From contig CM060731.1 in the NCBI GenBank assembly GCA_030704615.1, forward strand, positions 82,770,001 to 82,834,000: a DNA stretch of 64,000 nt, written 5' to 3'. Made by a program: the position numbers and the translations under genes. The notes beneath the pieces are model-generated. The model saw only the letters and a program-made list of their open reading frames with translations, had not been told where the DNA came from and made no database searches. Of the stretch, positions 13,973 through 27,202 are shown piece by piece (position 1 is the stretch's first letter; every line of letters begins with the position of its first letter). The DNA is from Takakia lepidozioides. Taxonomy: Eukaryota > Plantae > Bryophyta.

Positions 13973-14759
13973 GTACCGATCGTAAATTATCTCGTGACCA
14001 AAAACAACAAGTCCATCCCTGATGCCTAAGATTTCCAAGGTTCTAAGTTATCAAAGGTCCAAGTCACGGAGCTGTTTTGCATTCCTGACGTATTTGGCAG
14101 TGATATCCTGCACGGACTCCAACGATTGGACGGAAAATGAGAGCACAATCAATCACTTCAAGTCAGAAGATCCATGTGACTGCCAAGCAAGTGGTCTCAT
14201 CACTGCGCTCACGCCCTCAAGTAGGCCTCATGAGTCATGTGGGCCGCTAAGAACAGCCAACTACATTACTACTTACTGCATTCAAGTTTCAATCCAAGAC
14301 AGACTCACAGAGCTGCAAACCCGAGCTGGACGCTTGCATTGGTGGTAACTTCCACTCACCAGTTTACTTCCCGATAAAACCTGCTCATTAGTCTCTACTA
14401 CCTACACGTCATGATACAAGTGCAATCGTAAATCGTTGGTGGTGGTGCTCTTTATATTTTTTATAGTCAGGGATTCATTTCCAGTCACAAATATAGAGTA
14501 GCAGAGTAGCAAAGGTCGAGAATGACCTTTTCGGCTCGCAATGCTCCACAACTACAACAACACTTGGCGCACACTCTGCGTTTGTGAGCGATGCCTGTCG
14601 GACCAACTCTCTCTCACTCTCTCTCTAATTTGGTGTGAGAGGACGTTCAGCCACTGTGCGCAGATTAGCCAACACTGTGCGACAATGACTGGCGTAGCCC
14701 ATCAGACCCCTCCTGGCGTTCGCGCCATCGGATGGCCACTACCGACCTACTGCCTAGCG

Positions 14760-15180
14760 CGCACGCGACACTCATGGTCGGGTCGCTCACCCGCGACAAG
14801 TGTCGGCCGCCCTACGCGTCCTGGCACCCGCCCGAGATCCTGCTGCGGGCGTGGGCTCTCTACTGGTAGGCCTGGCTTGCAATGGAAACCCCCCGCTATA
14901 TACTGGACCGCGGACATTCATCCATCCATTGCCTCTGCTCTCAAATAGTAAAGGGTAGCCGCCGTTTACCGTCGGGCAGCACGTGCAGCGCATCGCGGGC
15001 CCCCGGCGGACTGTCCCGTATGCCGGGCCGGGTCCAATACCCGGTGTTTCCATGCGCCGCGTGGGCCCGGGCAGGGGTGCCCGAGCCTACGCTCGCAAGA
15101 TCTTGGGCCGGGGTCCAGGACGCGTAGGCGGCCGACACTTGTCGCGGGTGCGCGACGCGACCACGAGTCCGCGCGTGCGA
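14760..15180. repeat. GC-rich imperfect inverted repeat (foldback)
   Basis: Arm ~14765-14858 (CACCCGCGACAAGTGTCGGCCGCC..TACGCGTCCTGG) is reverse-complementary to ~15083-15175 (CCAGGACGCGTAGGCGGCCGACACTTGTCGCGGGTG). Confidence 0.7.
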
Positions 15181-16461
15181 ATCTGGCGCGGGAGCAGAAG
15201 CGTGGGACAAACGGGACAACGGCGCAGTTGATAAGCGAAGTATTCATGAGGCAGGTCACAGTCTTGTGATTGCTTGCCGACTCGCTTTGGGGCGAGTTTC
15301 GTTGCAATTCGTGGTTGCAAGTCTATAATGCAGTTTGCATGCATTGCTTCGTCCACAAGCAGCACAGTGCAGCTGCATGAATCCCTGTGGATTGAATCCG
15401 ACTCAGACAAGGCACTGCTTGTGGTCGAAGGGAGCAGGGGTTGTAACGAGAGCTCTCATGGTTTGGTTATAACGTGAAGCTCATCAACAACTCCAGAGTT
15501 CTCACGGTGCACCTTTGCTGAAATGCCTTCAGGATCCATTGGGCTACTACCTCACAAGGGGTACTCAAATGGGTAGACGTTGACTAAGGGGCTATGGTTA
15601 GCAATTGCTTTAGTGACTGGACTGAACTAGGCAGGTGCCAGCCCATACACCATACTCTAACCGCTGGGATGTGTGTCTGTCCAGGTTCATCAAAAGAATT
15701 GAAACTTGACCATGCTTTGGTTGGAGCATTCTAGATAGTATGGCTCTGCCATCCTGAATTAAATTTTTGTTGTATGCTCTGTAAACTGCTGGATAGAACT
15801 TTCCTTTCCTTTCCTTTCCTCCTAAGTCTACCATAGTCCTTGTCAATGGCATTGGAAACAATCCACTTTCATGGAATTAAAGTCATGTTTAGTGGCCAAA
15901 TCAATCTCATCCTTGGAATTGCTCAAGATTCCTCCTCACTGCTGCTTGCTAATATGTCCTTGGACACCCTTGTAATCAGCCTCTTCATGTTGACAGTGCA
16001 GGTCTACTGTGTGCCATTGTCATCCCTGGGTTCTGCCTCCAGGTGCCTCTAGACATAAATATAGTAACTGGAGTTCTAAGGGAGACCACAAGCACACAAA
16101 TCCAAAAAACAATTTTCTCCACAGTGCTGATGCTTGGAGTGGCAGCAGGTGGAAGAAAAGCCAACTGGCATGTCTTCGATGATGATGTGACAGACAACCG
16201 ACGCCCATAACAGCAGCAGTATCAATTGATCTAATGAATTTTGGTGTCCAATCAGAGTAAGCTGGGGGTTTTGTGTCTTGGTTCACAAAAACAGGACCTC
16301 ATCTGGCGGTAGGGAGCCAGCATTGTCTCATGAAAAACTGTGGCTATACCCTGCATACTCTGACAAATGCAACTAGTCAAAAAGTTTGGGACACATCAAC
16401 AGACAGCATGATATTGAAGGCTGCTTCATTGTACGACAATCTGATACACATAAGGCTGGCA

Positions 16462-16961
16462 NNNNNNNNNNNNNNNNNNNNNNNNNNNNNNNNNNNNNNN
16501 NNNNNNNNNNNNNNNNNNNNNNNNNNNNNNNNNNNNNNNNNNNNNNNNNNNNNNNNNNNNNNNNNNNNNNNNNNNNNNNNNNNNNNNNNNNNNNNNNNNN
16601 NNNNNNNNNNNNNNNNNNNNNNNNNNNNNNNNNNNNNNNNNNNNNNNNNNNNNNNNNNNNNNNNNNNNNNNNNNNNNNNNNNNNNNNNNNNNNNNNNNNN
16701 NNNNNNNNNNNNNNNNNNNNNNNNNNNNNNNNNNNNNNNNNNNNNNNNNNNNNNNNNNNNNNNNNNNNNNNNNNNNNNNNNNNNNNNNNNNNNNNNNNNN
16801 NNNNNNNNNNNNNNNNNNNNNNNNNNNNNNNNNNNNNNNNNNNNNNNNNNNNNNNNNNNNNNNNNNNNNNNNNNNNNNNNNNNNNNNNNNNNNNNNNNNN
16901 NNNNNNNNNNNNNNNNNNNNNNNNNNNNNNNNNNNNNNNNNNNNNNNNNNNNNNNNNNNNN
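16462..16961. other. Assembly gap (500 N)
   Basis: Run of N. Confidence 1.
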
Positions 16962-17639
16962 ATGTGGCTTGGTGGGACTTGAAACAAGGTATGTGGTCTG
17001 AAAATAACTGTTTTGTATCATCCAGGACGAAGTTTGAAAGAAAATTTGACTGTCAACAGTGTTGAATGCTGGAATGTATTATTTGGCTGCATCCATTCTT
17101 CAGCAAATGATCATATCTGGTCCATAACAGGCTCCATAGTTGGGGGTTCACACCAATGTGAACCTCTTGTTTTTTTCCCACACTCGTGGGAAAAAACACG
17201 AGTGTTGCACTGAAGCTAGCTCACAGTAGATGTTCAGCAAACTTTTATGTGTTACATGGGGTTAAGTTGCCTTCACAGTTGCCCGATGCATCTATAGTTA
17301 GGGTCATGCAAAGTTTAGGGCACCTGATATTGTTGTCATGATTGAATTTTTGACCTAAGGGACATGTAGCACAAAGTAAAGAAGTTTGGTTCATCTCGTT
17401 GGGTTTGACTTTTGTAGTTGAGTCCCTAAATCTATTGCTTGGTACTTTAGTGGGGGGCTGCTATTTCATGAGCGGCATGAGCATGAGCGGAAAAAAAAAA
17501 AGCATGAGCAGACCATTGTGAGTCCACGGAAATAGGGTTAGGAGGCACGGAAATAGGGTCATGTGAAGTTGGAATGTGGCACCAGTGGACTTGAAATGCA
17601 ACATTTTATTGCAAATTTTGTGGCAAGCCACGTCTATAC

Positions 17640-20600
17640 AAGTGTGTTCTAACTGTCATAGCCGGAATGGGCACTACTCTCCTACACCCTCCGAGGAACT
17701 TGCCCCACCTTCTTCCTCATCCCCCTCATCCCCCTCGTTCTCGGAGCTCTGTGATGCATCAGTTCCACTATGCCTCTAAAAAATCCCGTCCTCTTCTTGG
17801 GGGACTGTCCACCTCACCTCCTGGGAATCTTCTGCGTCTTCTCCCCCACTTTCCTTAGCAGAATCCAACACAAATCTACGAGCCCGACGGGCTCTAATAG
17901 CTGCTGCCTCCTCCCTCATCTTCATTTTCTTGAGGCTTGCCTCGTCTAAATCTGCTGTACACGACTACGTTCGGAACACCTCCTAATGGACACCGAAGCA
18001 AGCCGGGCAGCATAAGTAGGAAGGATCTACTCCCTTTCTGGACTAGGCATGAAATCCCCCCTGGCAAAAAAAGGCACGTTCCTCCTGCCCATGAACTCCG
18101 GTGTAGACGTCCCTCCGGCAGTACTTGGCATCCTACAGTAAGAACAAATCCACTTCAAGAATGTCAATACCAGCACAACCACAAAGGGTTTTCAATGAAA
18201 TAAGAGAGCGGAGGGAGGTGCCTCACAAAATCTGGAGGCAACTTACAATGCCACCACTCACTCGTAAACCGGGGGCTCCTCGGCCTCGATCCCAACTTCC
18301 TCCCCCTGCTCCTTCTCAGATTTTTCCTCATCCTCCGAGGATGCCTCTTCCTCTTTCGGCAGACGTTCAGCCGCTGTAAGTTCCGAGTTGTGGAGGGCAG
18401 TATCTGGCTCGAAGGCGAACACATGCCTGTCGGACAACGTCCCTGCCCACATTGAAGCACCTGAGGAACAAAGCGGGCGGTTAATAGCTTGCGGCATGCA
18501 ATTGCAATCGGGCCAGGGGACAAACTGAGCACGTGAAGGCTTACCCGTGCCGCATGTGAGGTCCAGAATCCGCCCTTGGACATCCGAGCACGTCTCCATG
18601 AGGGTTTGGATGAAAGCAGGGCTCCGGGTCCGGCTGTACCGCCACGGTTTGCCTGTCTTTGTGTCCTTCGGCATACTGGAGTGGGGCACATAGTTGTAGA
18701 GGACATCGTAGGTTACAGGGTCCACAGCGGCATCAACAAGACGACCGTCGTTGCGGAATTTGAACGTAGACCCTCTCTTCACAAAGCAATATGCCTCAAA
18801 CACCAATGTCTGCACATCCAACAAAGAAGGGATCAACTCCAGGGTCTACTTAACATACACCACAATATGAGGTGAATGCAAAAGATTGATAACTTACACT
18901 TTGGCCCTCTGTTCGCAACCCCTGTGTACTGATGTAGAACCATTTTCTGAGGAGGACCGGGGTGACACTTTTCGGTGTCCACCTTGCCACCGCATTCTCT
19001 GTGGTCTTCCCTCTCGTGGCAAGGGCAACCACACATCCACCGTCATCCAGAAGCATCCCTGCCAGCCCAAACCCGGCTTTCCAGTAGTCCTCAGTAAACC
19101 TGTTCCAGGTGGGCACACCATCCAGGCCCTCCAGCAGCTCCCCATCTAGAATGTCGAGGAGAATCATGTCGCAAGCTCTCTCCACCTCAACCCCCCCCCC
19201 GAGTGCTCTTGCAATTCGTGCTCACAGCCGTGAAGAATTCCATCATGGCTTCAAAACCAGGGGTGTCTTTAGGCTCTGTACCGCCAGCCCTCTTCTTGGC
19301 TTTCCCCTTCTGCTCCGCCAGAGACTTGTTGTGTGCCACCTTCTTCGCCCTGGCAGCGAGAGCGTCAAGGAAGCTCTCATTGACGCATTGGATGATGGTT
19401 GGAGGTTCTAGCTTTGGCCTGTGCGTAAACGTCACCGCCGAATACCGCCGTGTAGGCTCGCCCTCAAATGCCAACTTCTTGGCAGAGCCAGTCCCATTCC
19501 GAACTGACTTGGGAACCCGGACGACCGGTGACTAGGTAGGAGCAACAGCAATCGCAGGACCTTGAACAAAGTCGTCGTCCGAGTCACTCTCTTGGGTCCC
19601 CTCCTGCGCCTCCTCCGATGCCCCGATGGTTTTCTTCTTTTTGGGTGTTACTGCACTCACCTGTTTCCTTGTCCTTTTCCTTTGGCCTTTACTCTTCTCA
19701 TGCAATTTCTCCAGAATTCCTGTCTGAGCAAGCTCTGCCGCTTTCCTGGAGTTCGCAAGCGCTTTTGCCTCTTTTGCACCCAACGGAGGCAGCGGAGCCC
19801 GGTTTCGTCGGAATTCAGCATCCAGCTTCAATTGAAACTCGGCAATCACGCAAATGTTCCAGATGCCACTCCTTCACAATATCGTCAGTGTACATGGAGT
19901 CAGCCCCAAGGTTCCTCCATGCCAGGAAGAATGGTGGCTCGAAAGACAGATGACCTTTCTCCAAAAGGGAGAACTTGCAGTACCTGCATTCATGAAAAAC
20001 ACAATGAGGTCCCTGAAATGCATATTCGGCACCATTTTCCCAGGTTGGGGCGGATGTGAGTGGGCCTAGAAATGGAAAAATGGCGCCGAATTTCGGTTTT
20101 CGGTGAGTGCCACCCTAGGGACTTAGCCATCTTGGAAGCCCTGAAATGGAAATTCGGTGCCATTTTTCCCGGTTTGGGCCGAAGATGGCTAAGTCCCAGA
20201 ACCGCAATAGGGCCTAGAACTGGAAAAATGGCGCCGAATTTCCAGTTCAGGTCCAGCCACCCTAGGGACTTAGCCCGAAAATGGCTAAGTCCCTGAACGG
20301 CAATAGGGCCTACAACTGGAAAATGGCGCCGAATTTCCAGTTCCGGGCCAGCCACCCTAGGGACTTAGCCCGAAAATGGCTAAGTCCCTGAACGGCAATA
20401 GGGCCTACAACTGGAAAATGGCGCCGAATTTCCACTTCAGGGCCAGCCAGTCTAGGGACTTAGCCCGAAAATGGCTAAGTCCCTGAACGGCAATAGGGCC
20501 TGGAACTGGAAAACGGCGCCGAATTTCCAGTTCCGGGCCAGCCACCCTAGGGACTTAGCCCGAAAATGGCTAAGTCCCTGGACGGCAATAGGGCCTAGAA

Positions 20601-21960
20601 CTGGAAAACGGCGCCGAATTTCCAGTTCAGGGCCAGCAACCCTAGGGACTTAGCCCGAAAATGGCTAAGTCCCTGAACGGCAATAGGGCCTGGAACTGGA
20701 AAATGGCGCCGAATTTCCAGTTCCGGGCCAGCCTGTCTAGGGACTTAGCCATTTTCGGAGCCCTGACTGGAAATTCGGCGCCATTTTCCCTAACACCACT
20801 TGAGGCCTCTAACATCCTGAAATGCAAGGACTTGAAAGAAAGGCAGCGCGTATGTACATGTACAGAAGGTGCATTGCTGCTTTGTCCGCGTTCGGCTGGT
20901 CGGTGAACTCGTGGCTCCGGCGAGCATCTGCTATCTCCCGAAAGAATAGGTTGGTTTTGTAGAGCATAAAGTACCTCGTCACATAGTCACGTAGGCTCTC
21001 TGCTGCAGGAGATATCTCCATCTTGAACTGATGTGCTTGTGTGTCCAGCTGCTCTTGCGCATTCATCGTCACCTGTGGAGATTCTCCATCAGATCGCTTT
21101 CCTGAAAAAATACAATGAATCCACCCCCTACTAGAGTAGAAGCCCCAAACGAAGCGTAGGGAAGTACCTGAAACCACCATGTCATGCGGTTCATCCACAT
21201 GTCGAATGTGGGGTCAGAGAGTTTGTCCGGTTTGGGGAAACTCCACATGTCCCTGGTACTTTGGGAACCATTCCAGATTTGGAGCCACCGGGTCTGTCCA
21301 ACCACCCAGCATATTCGTAAGCGCCAAACACCACAAAAAGGAGTTGTTGCCACCACAATTTGGTTAAGAATGTATCACCTTTTCTGTTGCATCCACACAG
21401 GATGTGGCTAGACGATGGAGCTTCTCCAATGTCATCGTGGGCTTCAGAGCGCGAGAGTAGTGCTTCCCCACCTCCACCAGAAAGTCGGCACCAAGGGCGG
21501 GATCAGCTATGGCCACGTACTTTACCATCCGCGACTTGTACTTTATGTGGGCCCTCACCTCCGCAGCTTTGACATACGATTCGAGTTCCGGGAGGGTTGG
21601 ATTCTTCTCCTCTGACTCCATGTAGAACCTCCGCGCATGTGCCAAATCCTGCTGTATTTTCGTCTGTCAAGAATGCGCACATAAGATTAAAGATCATGCT
21701 CAACACAATTTCTTCTATTGGGGGAGGAGAGACAGATTAGCTCAACAAAACTATCAGGAGCTTTACCCGAAATATGTAGTCCACCATGGCGTCGACGCTC
21801 AGCCTATACCAGGTTCTGTCTGCCTTTGCCTCCGACTTGCGCAGGAGGTCGGCACTGAGGGAATTGGCAAACTCTTGCACCCCTGCTTCCCGACATCCTT
21901 CACTCGGAAGAGCATATGGGACAAGTTGGTGGCAATGAAGGCATTCTCAGTTACCCTGCA
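17640..21960 (-). pseudogene. 5'-truncated paralog of the ParB-amino-methyltransferase-like gene
   Basis: Exon-by-exon similarity to 34248-37818: AHARRFYMESE, WMNRMTWWFQ, IQCVNESFL, CDMILLDILDG, YSRTRSPAFIQTLMETCSDVQGRILDLTCGT|GASMWAG; frameshifts. Confidence 0.8.
20020..20790. repeat. Intronic tandem array, ~95-bp unit with two palindromes
   Basis: CTAG at 20262, 20357, 20452, 20547, 20642, 20737. Each unit has AGGGACTTAGCC-N7-GGCTAAGTCCCT and AACTGGAAAATGGCGCCGAATTTCCAGTT. Confidence 0.92.
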
Positions 21961-22341
21961 GTGCCACATTTCCATCAAACAATACTGAAATGGGAATTTC
22001 CATCATATATGAGGTGTCAAGTTATTTTACCACTAGTGTGAAACTAGCTAGGAAATAGCTAGCTTTTACATATTGATATTTGGGATTGGCCCAAGTGTCA
22101 ATCCAGGGGTCAAGGCAGATTTAGGCCCTGGAGTGGTTATCTTCACGGCAAGCGCGGGAGGCTCATCTTTCTCGAGTTGAGCCTCACCGCGCCTAGCTAT
22201 GGCGCCGTAGTGTGGATTCCCCATGGCGTGGGGTGCACTTGGCTTGACTTGTATTTGAGTGATGAGGTTATATATGCATGAGTTTATGCTTCAGCTTTGT
22301 GAGCTCGCATGAGCTTGTGCTCGTATTCTTCTTCTTTATCA

Positions 22342-22353
22342 CTCGAGAAAGAT
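22342..22353 (+). promoter_or_regulatory. Self-priming PBS (non-tRNA)
   Basis: CTCGAGAAAGAT directly after the LTR end is the reverse complement of ATCTTTCTCGAG inside the LTR (22165-22176); no TGG tRNA-type PBS. Confidence 0.75.
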
Positions 22354-23907
22354 CAGCTCGTATCTGTAAGTGCCAGATACGAGTTAGTTGTAGCACTTGT
22401 GGTTTTTGCTTGAGAATGAGAGAAACCAAGTTGTTATGCAAGGAGCACCGTGGAGCTCTTAGTTATTAGAAGCGGAGGCGATGTGGGTTACGAGGTGGTA
22501 GACCTTGGCATTCGATCTTCAGCTTCAGAGATGAAAGCACCATGCTGCAGGTAATTCCAGAGCACCTTGATGGTTCCAGATTGTGTACATGCATGAGCAA
22601 GCACGATTGGGAAGAGGACCAGTCAAGAGCAGGTTATAGTGGCTTTGGTGGCAAAGCTGAGAACTGGACTTGGGAATGCGAGCTTTCATTGTGTGAAGGA
22701 TTGCAAGACCAAGCGAAAGGGCTGATTTTGCTTGGGGCAAATCAGTGCACTTTGTGGAGTATGGTGAGATTGGGTTTCAATCTCGAGCTTCAGCATTGAG
22801 AGGGCTCTTGTCATGGCAAGAACAGGGCTGGAACAGGAGCTAAGAGGTGCGGCAAGGCCATGGAATGTGCACCTAGGGTTTCAGAGCTTGGAAGAAGAGT
22901 TCTTGCACCACAAGAGAAGTGTCTTGTGGCTGGAAATGTAAGCCTTAGGGTTTCAGGAGCTTGGCAAAGGCTATGGAGTGCTTAGTCTTGTCATAGAGAG
23001 CATCAAGGAGCCAAGGAGCCAAGATAGGGGGCTGATATCTCTTGTGTGAAGAGGTTGCATGTGTGGAGAATGTATTCAGCTCAGCTTGGAGGGCAAGCAA
23101 GGAAGAGGGAAGGGCTGACTTCCCTTATGTGAGGGCAATGTATGTGTGGAGCATGCTCTCAGCCTCGTGAAGGCTTGCACTTTTAGGTGTGGGAGTGCAA
23201 GAAAGGAAGGAAGGGGCTGGTTTCCCTGTAGGGCATGTAGAGCATGCTTTCAGCCTGCTGAAGCTTGTATTATCAGGTTTGTGGGTGCAAGAAATGAAGC
23301 AAAGGAGCTGATTCTCTTATGGTGAGAGTGGGGCATGTGTGGAGCATGCCTTCAGCCCATTGAGGCTCTTGTTTTCAAGCCTTAGAGAGCTAGAACGGAA
23401 GGTCTAGGGCTGGTTTCCACTTAGAGTGAAAGAACAGCACTTGTAGGGCCTATGTGAGTTGGGGTTTCAACTTCAAGCTTGAAGGGAGCGCAACTCTTGA
23501 AGCAACAGGTGTAGAGGGCTGGAATAGGCTCTAAGACAGATGCTATGGCCAATGAGGGAAGTGCTTGAATGAGTGCTCACAAGGGCTGGGAACCAGCAGG
23601 GCTTGGTTGTTTGCCATTGAGTTTAGTGGCGTGTTTGGGGAGGCCCTGCTTGGTTGTTTGCCATTGAGTTTAGTGGCGTGTTTGGGGAGGCTAAGTGAGA
23701 AAGAAGGCTTGGTTTGTGGCAACCACCTCATGGCTTAGGGCTACTATGGTGGTGTGTGGGAGCCGAAAGAGCAAGGATACCTTGCTGATTTCCTCACAGC
23801 CACCATAGCTCGGTGGAAAGAAGCCTAGAGTCCAAGAGACACAAACCCTAGCTTGGCGTGGCTAAACCCCTTGGAGAAATGGCTAAACTGCCAGAGCGGC
23901 CATGTGT

Positions 23908-24950
23908 GGGGCTGTGACAGGCTGTGGCAAGCTGTGATGGGCTGTGACAGGCTGTGCCCTGTGCCCTGTGGGGCTGTGACGGGCTGTGCCCAGTGGCCTT
24001 GGGGGCTGTGACGGGCTGTGACGGGCTGTGACAGGCTGTGACGGGCTGTGACGGGCTGTGACGGGCTGTGGCAAGCTGTGACAGGCTGTGACGGGCTGTG
24101 ACGGGCTGTGACAGGCTGTGGCAAGCTGTGACAGGCTGTGATGGGCTGTGATGGGCTGTGACAGGCTGTGCCCTGTGCCCTGTGGGGCTGTGACGGGCTG
24201 TGTCAGGCTGTGACAGGCTGTGCCCAGTGGCCTTTGGGGCTGTGACGGGCTGTGCGGGGCTGTGACAGGCTGTGCCCTGAGGCCTGTGGGGCTGTGACGG
24301 GCTGTGACAGGCTGTGCCCATGGCCTTTGGGGCTGTGAGGGGCTGTGACAGGCCGTGCCTGAGGCCTTTGAGGCTGTGACGGGCTGTGAGGGGCTGTGAC
24401 AGGCCGTGCCCATGGCCTTTGGGGCTGTGACGGGCTGTGAGGGGCTGTGACAGGCCGTGCCTGAGGCCTTTGAGGCTGTGACGGGCTGTGAGGGGCTGTG
24501 ACAGGCCGTGCCCATGGCCTTTGGGCTGTGACGGGCTGTGAGGGGCTGTGACAGGCCGTGCCCATGGCCTTTGGGGCTGTGACGGGCTGAGAGGGGCTGT
24601 GACAGGCCGTGCCTGAGGCCTTTGGGGCTGTGATGGGCTGTGAGGGGCTGTGACAGGCCGTGCCTGAGGCCTTTGGGGCTGTGACGGGCTGTGAGGGGCT
24701 GTGACAGCCGTGCCTGAGGCCTTTGGGGCTGTGATGGGCTATGAGGGGCTGTGACAGGCCGTGCTTGAGGCCTTTGAGGCTGTGACGGGCTGTGAGGGGC
24801 TGTGACAGGTCGTGCCTGAGGCCTTTGGGGCTGTGACGGGCTGTGAGGGGCTGTGACAGGCTGTGCCTGAGGCCTTTGAGGCTGTGACGAGTTGTGAGGG
24901 GCTGTGACAGGATGTGCCCAGTGGCCTGTGGGACTGTGACGGCTGTGACC
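23908..24950. repeat. Minisatellite of 10-bp unit GGGCTGTGAC with higher-order units, in the Gypsy leader
   Basis: Tandem GGGCTGTGAC/AGGCTGTGAC over ~1 kb; shorter copy at 41122-41440. Confidence 0.95.
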
Positions 24951-27202
24951 AGTGAGCTGTGTGGGCCTGTGCTGGTCTGTGGTGGCCCGTGTTGACCTGT
25001 GGATGGCCTATGCTGACTCGTGGAGGCACTGGTGGACTAAGGACTGACATGTGGTCTGGAAGGCCGAATTTTGAAGCTCGTGGAGGGCGGTTTGAGGAGT
25101 ATCTTCATGATATTCCCATGGTCATGCAAGTTCAGGTGTAGGCTATGTTAGGAACTTAGTATTCCAAACCATAAGCCGCAACAGGTTCTCTACCCGGTTA
25201 CCTTGTGGAGAGGGGGTTAGGGACATGTTCATGACCGGTTGAGTGTCAACACGGAGGTGCCACTAGTTGCTGGGGACAGTGCCGGTTCGAGCACTAGCGA
25301 TACTAGTGGGTACACGAGACGAGGTGTGCGGTTTAGGCCACCTTCACCTCCTGTGTCTTCCACAGAAGGTTCTGATTCGGATTGTGAATCAGGAGGGCTC
25401 ATACCGGCGGTGCAAGTTGTTTCTTTGCCATTGTTGTGGGACACAATGGAGGAGATGTATGGAGCTACCAAGGGGCCACGAAGGTACTCTGGGGCGGTGG
25501 GCACCATTGAGTTGGATGATTTTATCCAAGAGTTTGATAGTTGGTGTGATTTGCAGCAAATGCGCAATCCACAACTATTTACGCCGTTCATGGCATGGAA
25601 AGGGCTGTTTCAGCACCTTGAGGGGCCGCCTATGGATGATTACCATGAGTTCAGGCGGGGGCATGAGGTTGAGATCGAGGAGTGAAGGATGTACTGGTCA
25701 CCCAACTATGTCTCCATCACTAGGGGCACTAGAGCCACGAGGGCAATGGCTACACCTGCCGCTACACCGGCAGCTTCAGCAAGTAGCAGTGGGACAGGTG
25801 GTACAGTAGCTACGACATCCACCCAAGCTACTACCGCACCAGCACTAGCACCCGTGCCTGCCTTCAACCCTGTTGTGGAGTTCTTCGAAGAGTTGAGAGG
25901 GAACTACCAAGGGGTGAGGACAGAGAAGTTGCGGAGCTTGCAAGAGTTCCAACGGAAGCCGACCGAGAGCTTGAGGGAGGCTTTCACTCGCATGAGGCGC
26001 TTGATAAATGTAACCCAAGGGGTTACGGAAGCTCAGGCAGTCCAATTCTGGTATGGGATATTGGACAAGGAACTGAGGAGAAGGGTGCGGGATGCAACTC
26101 TCCTACAAGCGGCCCAACCCACCTTAACAAATGTGTTTTTGCTGGCAGAGCGGATAGAGCTCAACATGGTGGAGGAACGAGTGGTCATGGTGGGATTTGC
26201 TAAGGAGACACCACGGGGTAGTGGTGCTCCTAGCCAACCACTACCTCAACGTGCTCAAGGCAACAAGGGGGCTCAGGTGAAGCTTAGGGAAGGGCAGAGA
26301 GGACCTCAGATGCAGGGGTCTCTCCCTTCATTTGCTGGCCAACAACGGGCGGATGTGGTGTGCTGGACATGTGGAGGACCCCATGTCAAGAAGGATTGCC
26401 CAGAGGGAGGCAAAGGGTCGGCACATGCACAGCCTGCACAGTTGCAGTGTGGGCATTGTGGCAAGCACGGGCATGAAGAGGCCCAGTGTTATAGTTTGCA
26501 TCCTGAGTTGCGCCCAGGCCAGTTCCAAGGGAACAATGGTGGCCGGGGGCGAGGTGGAGCAGCCCAGAGAGGACGAGGTGGCCAGCCACGAGGTGCAGGC
26601 CAAGGGCAAGCTCAACGTGGCCAAGGACGCGGAGGTCAGGGTGTTGACCAAGGCATGGCCAACCGGCTTCAGCAGCTAGAGCAGAGGCTCGCTGCCATGG
26701 CTACAGCTCAGGTGGTACCGGCTCTAAGGCCGGATGGTCCACCTCCTGTTCCTGAGGGAGGAGATATGGGAGGCATGGGATTCATGTGTGGAGCAGCACT
26801 ACCACTAGTGCAGGTGGAGTCTGCTGCAGCCGTGACTCGAGGAGCAGCACGAGTTCCTGAGCCACGAGGTGCAGAGGTGGAGTTGGATCCACAGCGTGGG
26901 GAGGCAAGCCGTCAGGCTAGGCTTCCTCAGTCATTCACATTGGCGGAGACAGTGTCGACGCCATCCATGGCACCTAGTTCTCGCCCGACTATTACCGAGG
27001 CGGAGGTTACTATGCCATTGGGGAGAGCTACACGGGCAACACCACTACCTAGTGTTGCCAAGGCTACGGCAGCTAGTGTGCTGTTAGGAGCGGCCACATC
27101 TGTGTGCCAGGCTCCATTGTTCTCGGCTACCATGATTGCGACGCCGGGAATAAGACCAGCTGAGGTGTTCAGGCTGGCAGCTACACTCTGTGAGAGTGGG
27201 GA

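Larger units (their letters stand above)
17452..22012 (-). mobile_element. Truncated large DNA transposon, element 1 (MTase-bearing family)
   Basis: Terminus GGGGGGCTGCTATTTCATGAGC with CATGAGC subterminal repeats, matching the end at 41097-41118 in reverse. Carries a paralog of the gene at 32.7-37.8 kb; cut at ~22012 by a Gypsy LTR. Confidence 0.8.
22013..27202 (+). mobile_element. Ty3/Gypsy copy 1: 3' half of 5' LTR, long leader, gag (truncated)
   Basis: 22013-22341 matches 49834-50147 (ends TTTATCA). Gag from ~25239 has a TGA at ~25683, two zinc knuckles and an RG-rich tract. Near-identical to 41400-44134. Confidence 0.9.

Noticed and set aside
16273-17021. Long ORFs spanning Ns
   Set aside because: Gap artefacts.
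15240-17400. Missing C-terminal half of TauD on the far side of the TE nest
   Set aside because: No TauD-like motifs found; part of the region is a gap.
23825-25050. Repetitive ORFs (HSPSQPVTA)n
   Set aside because: Translation of a stop-free minisatellite.
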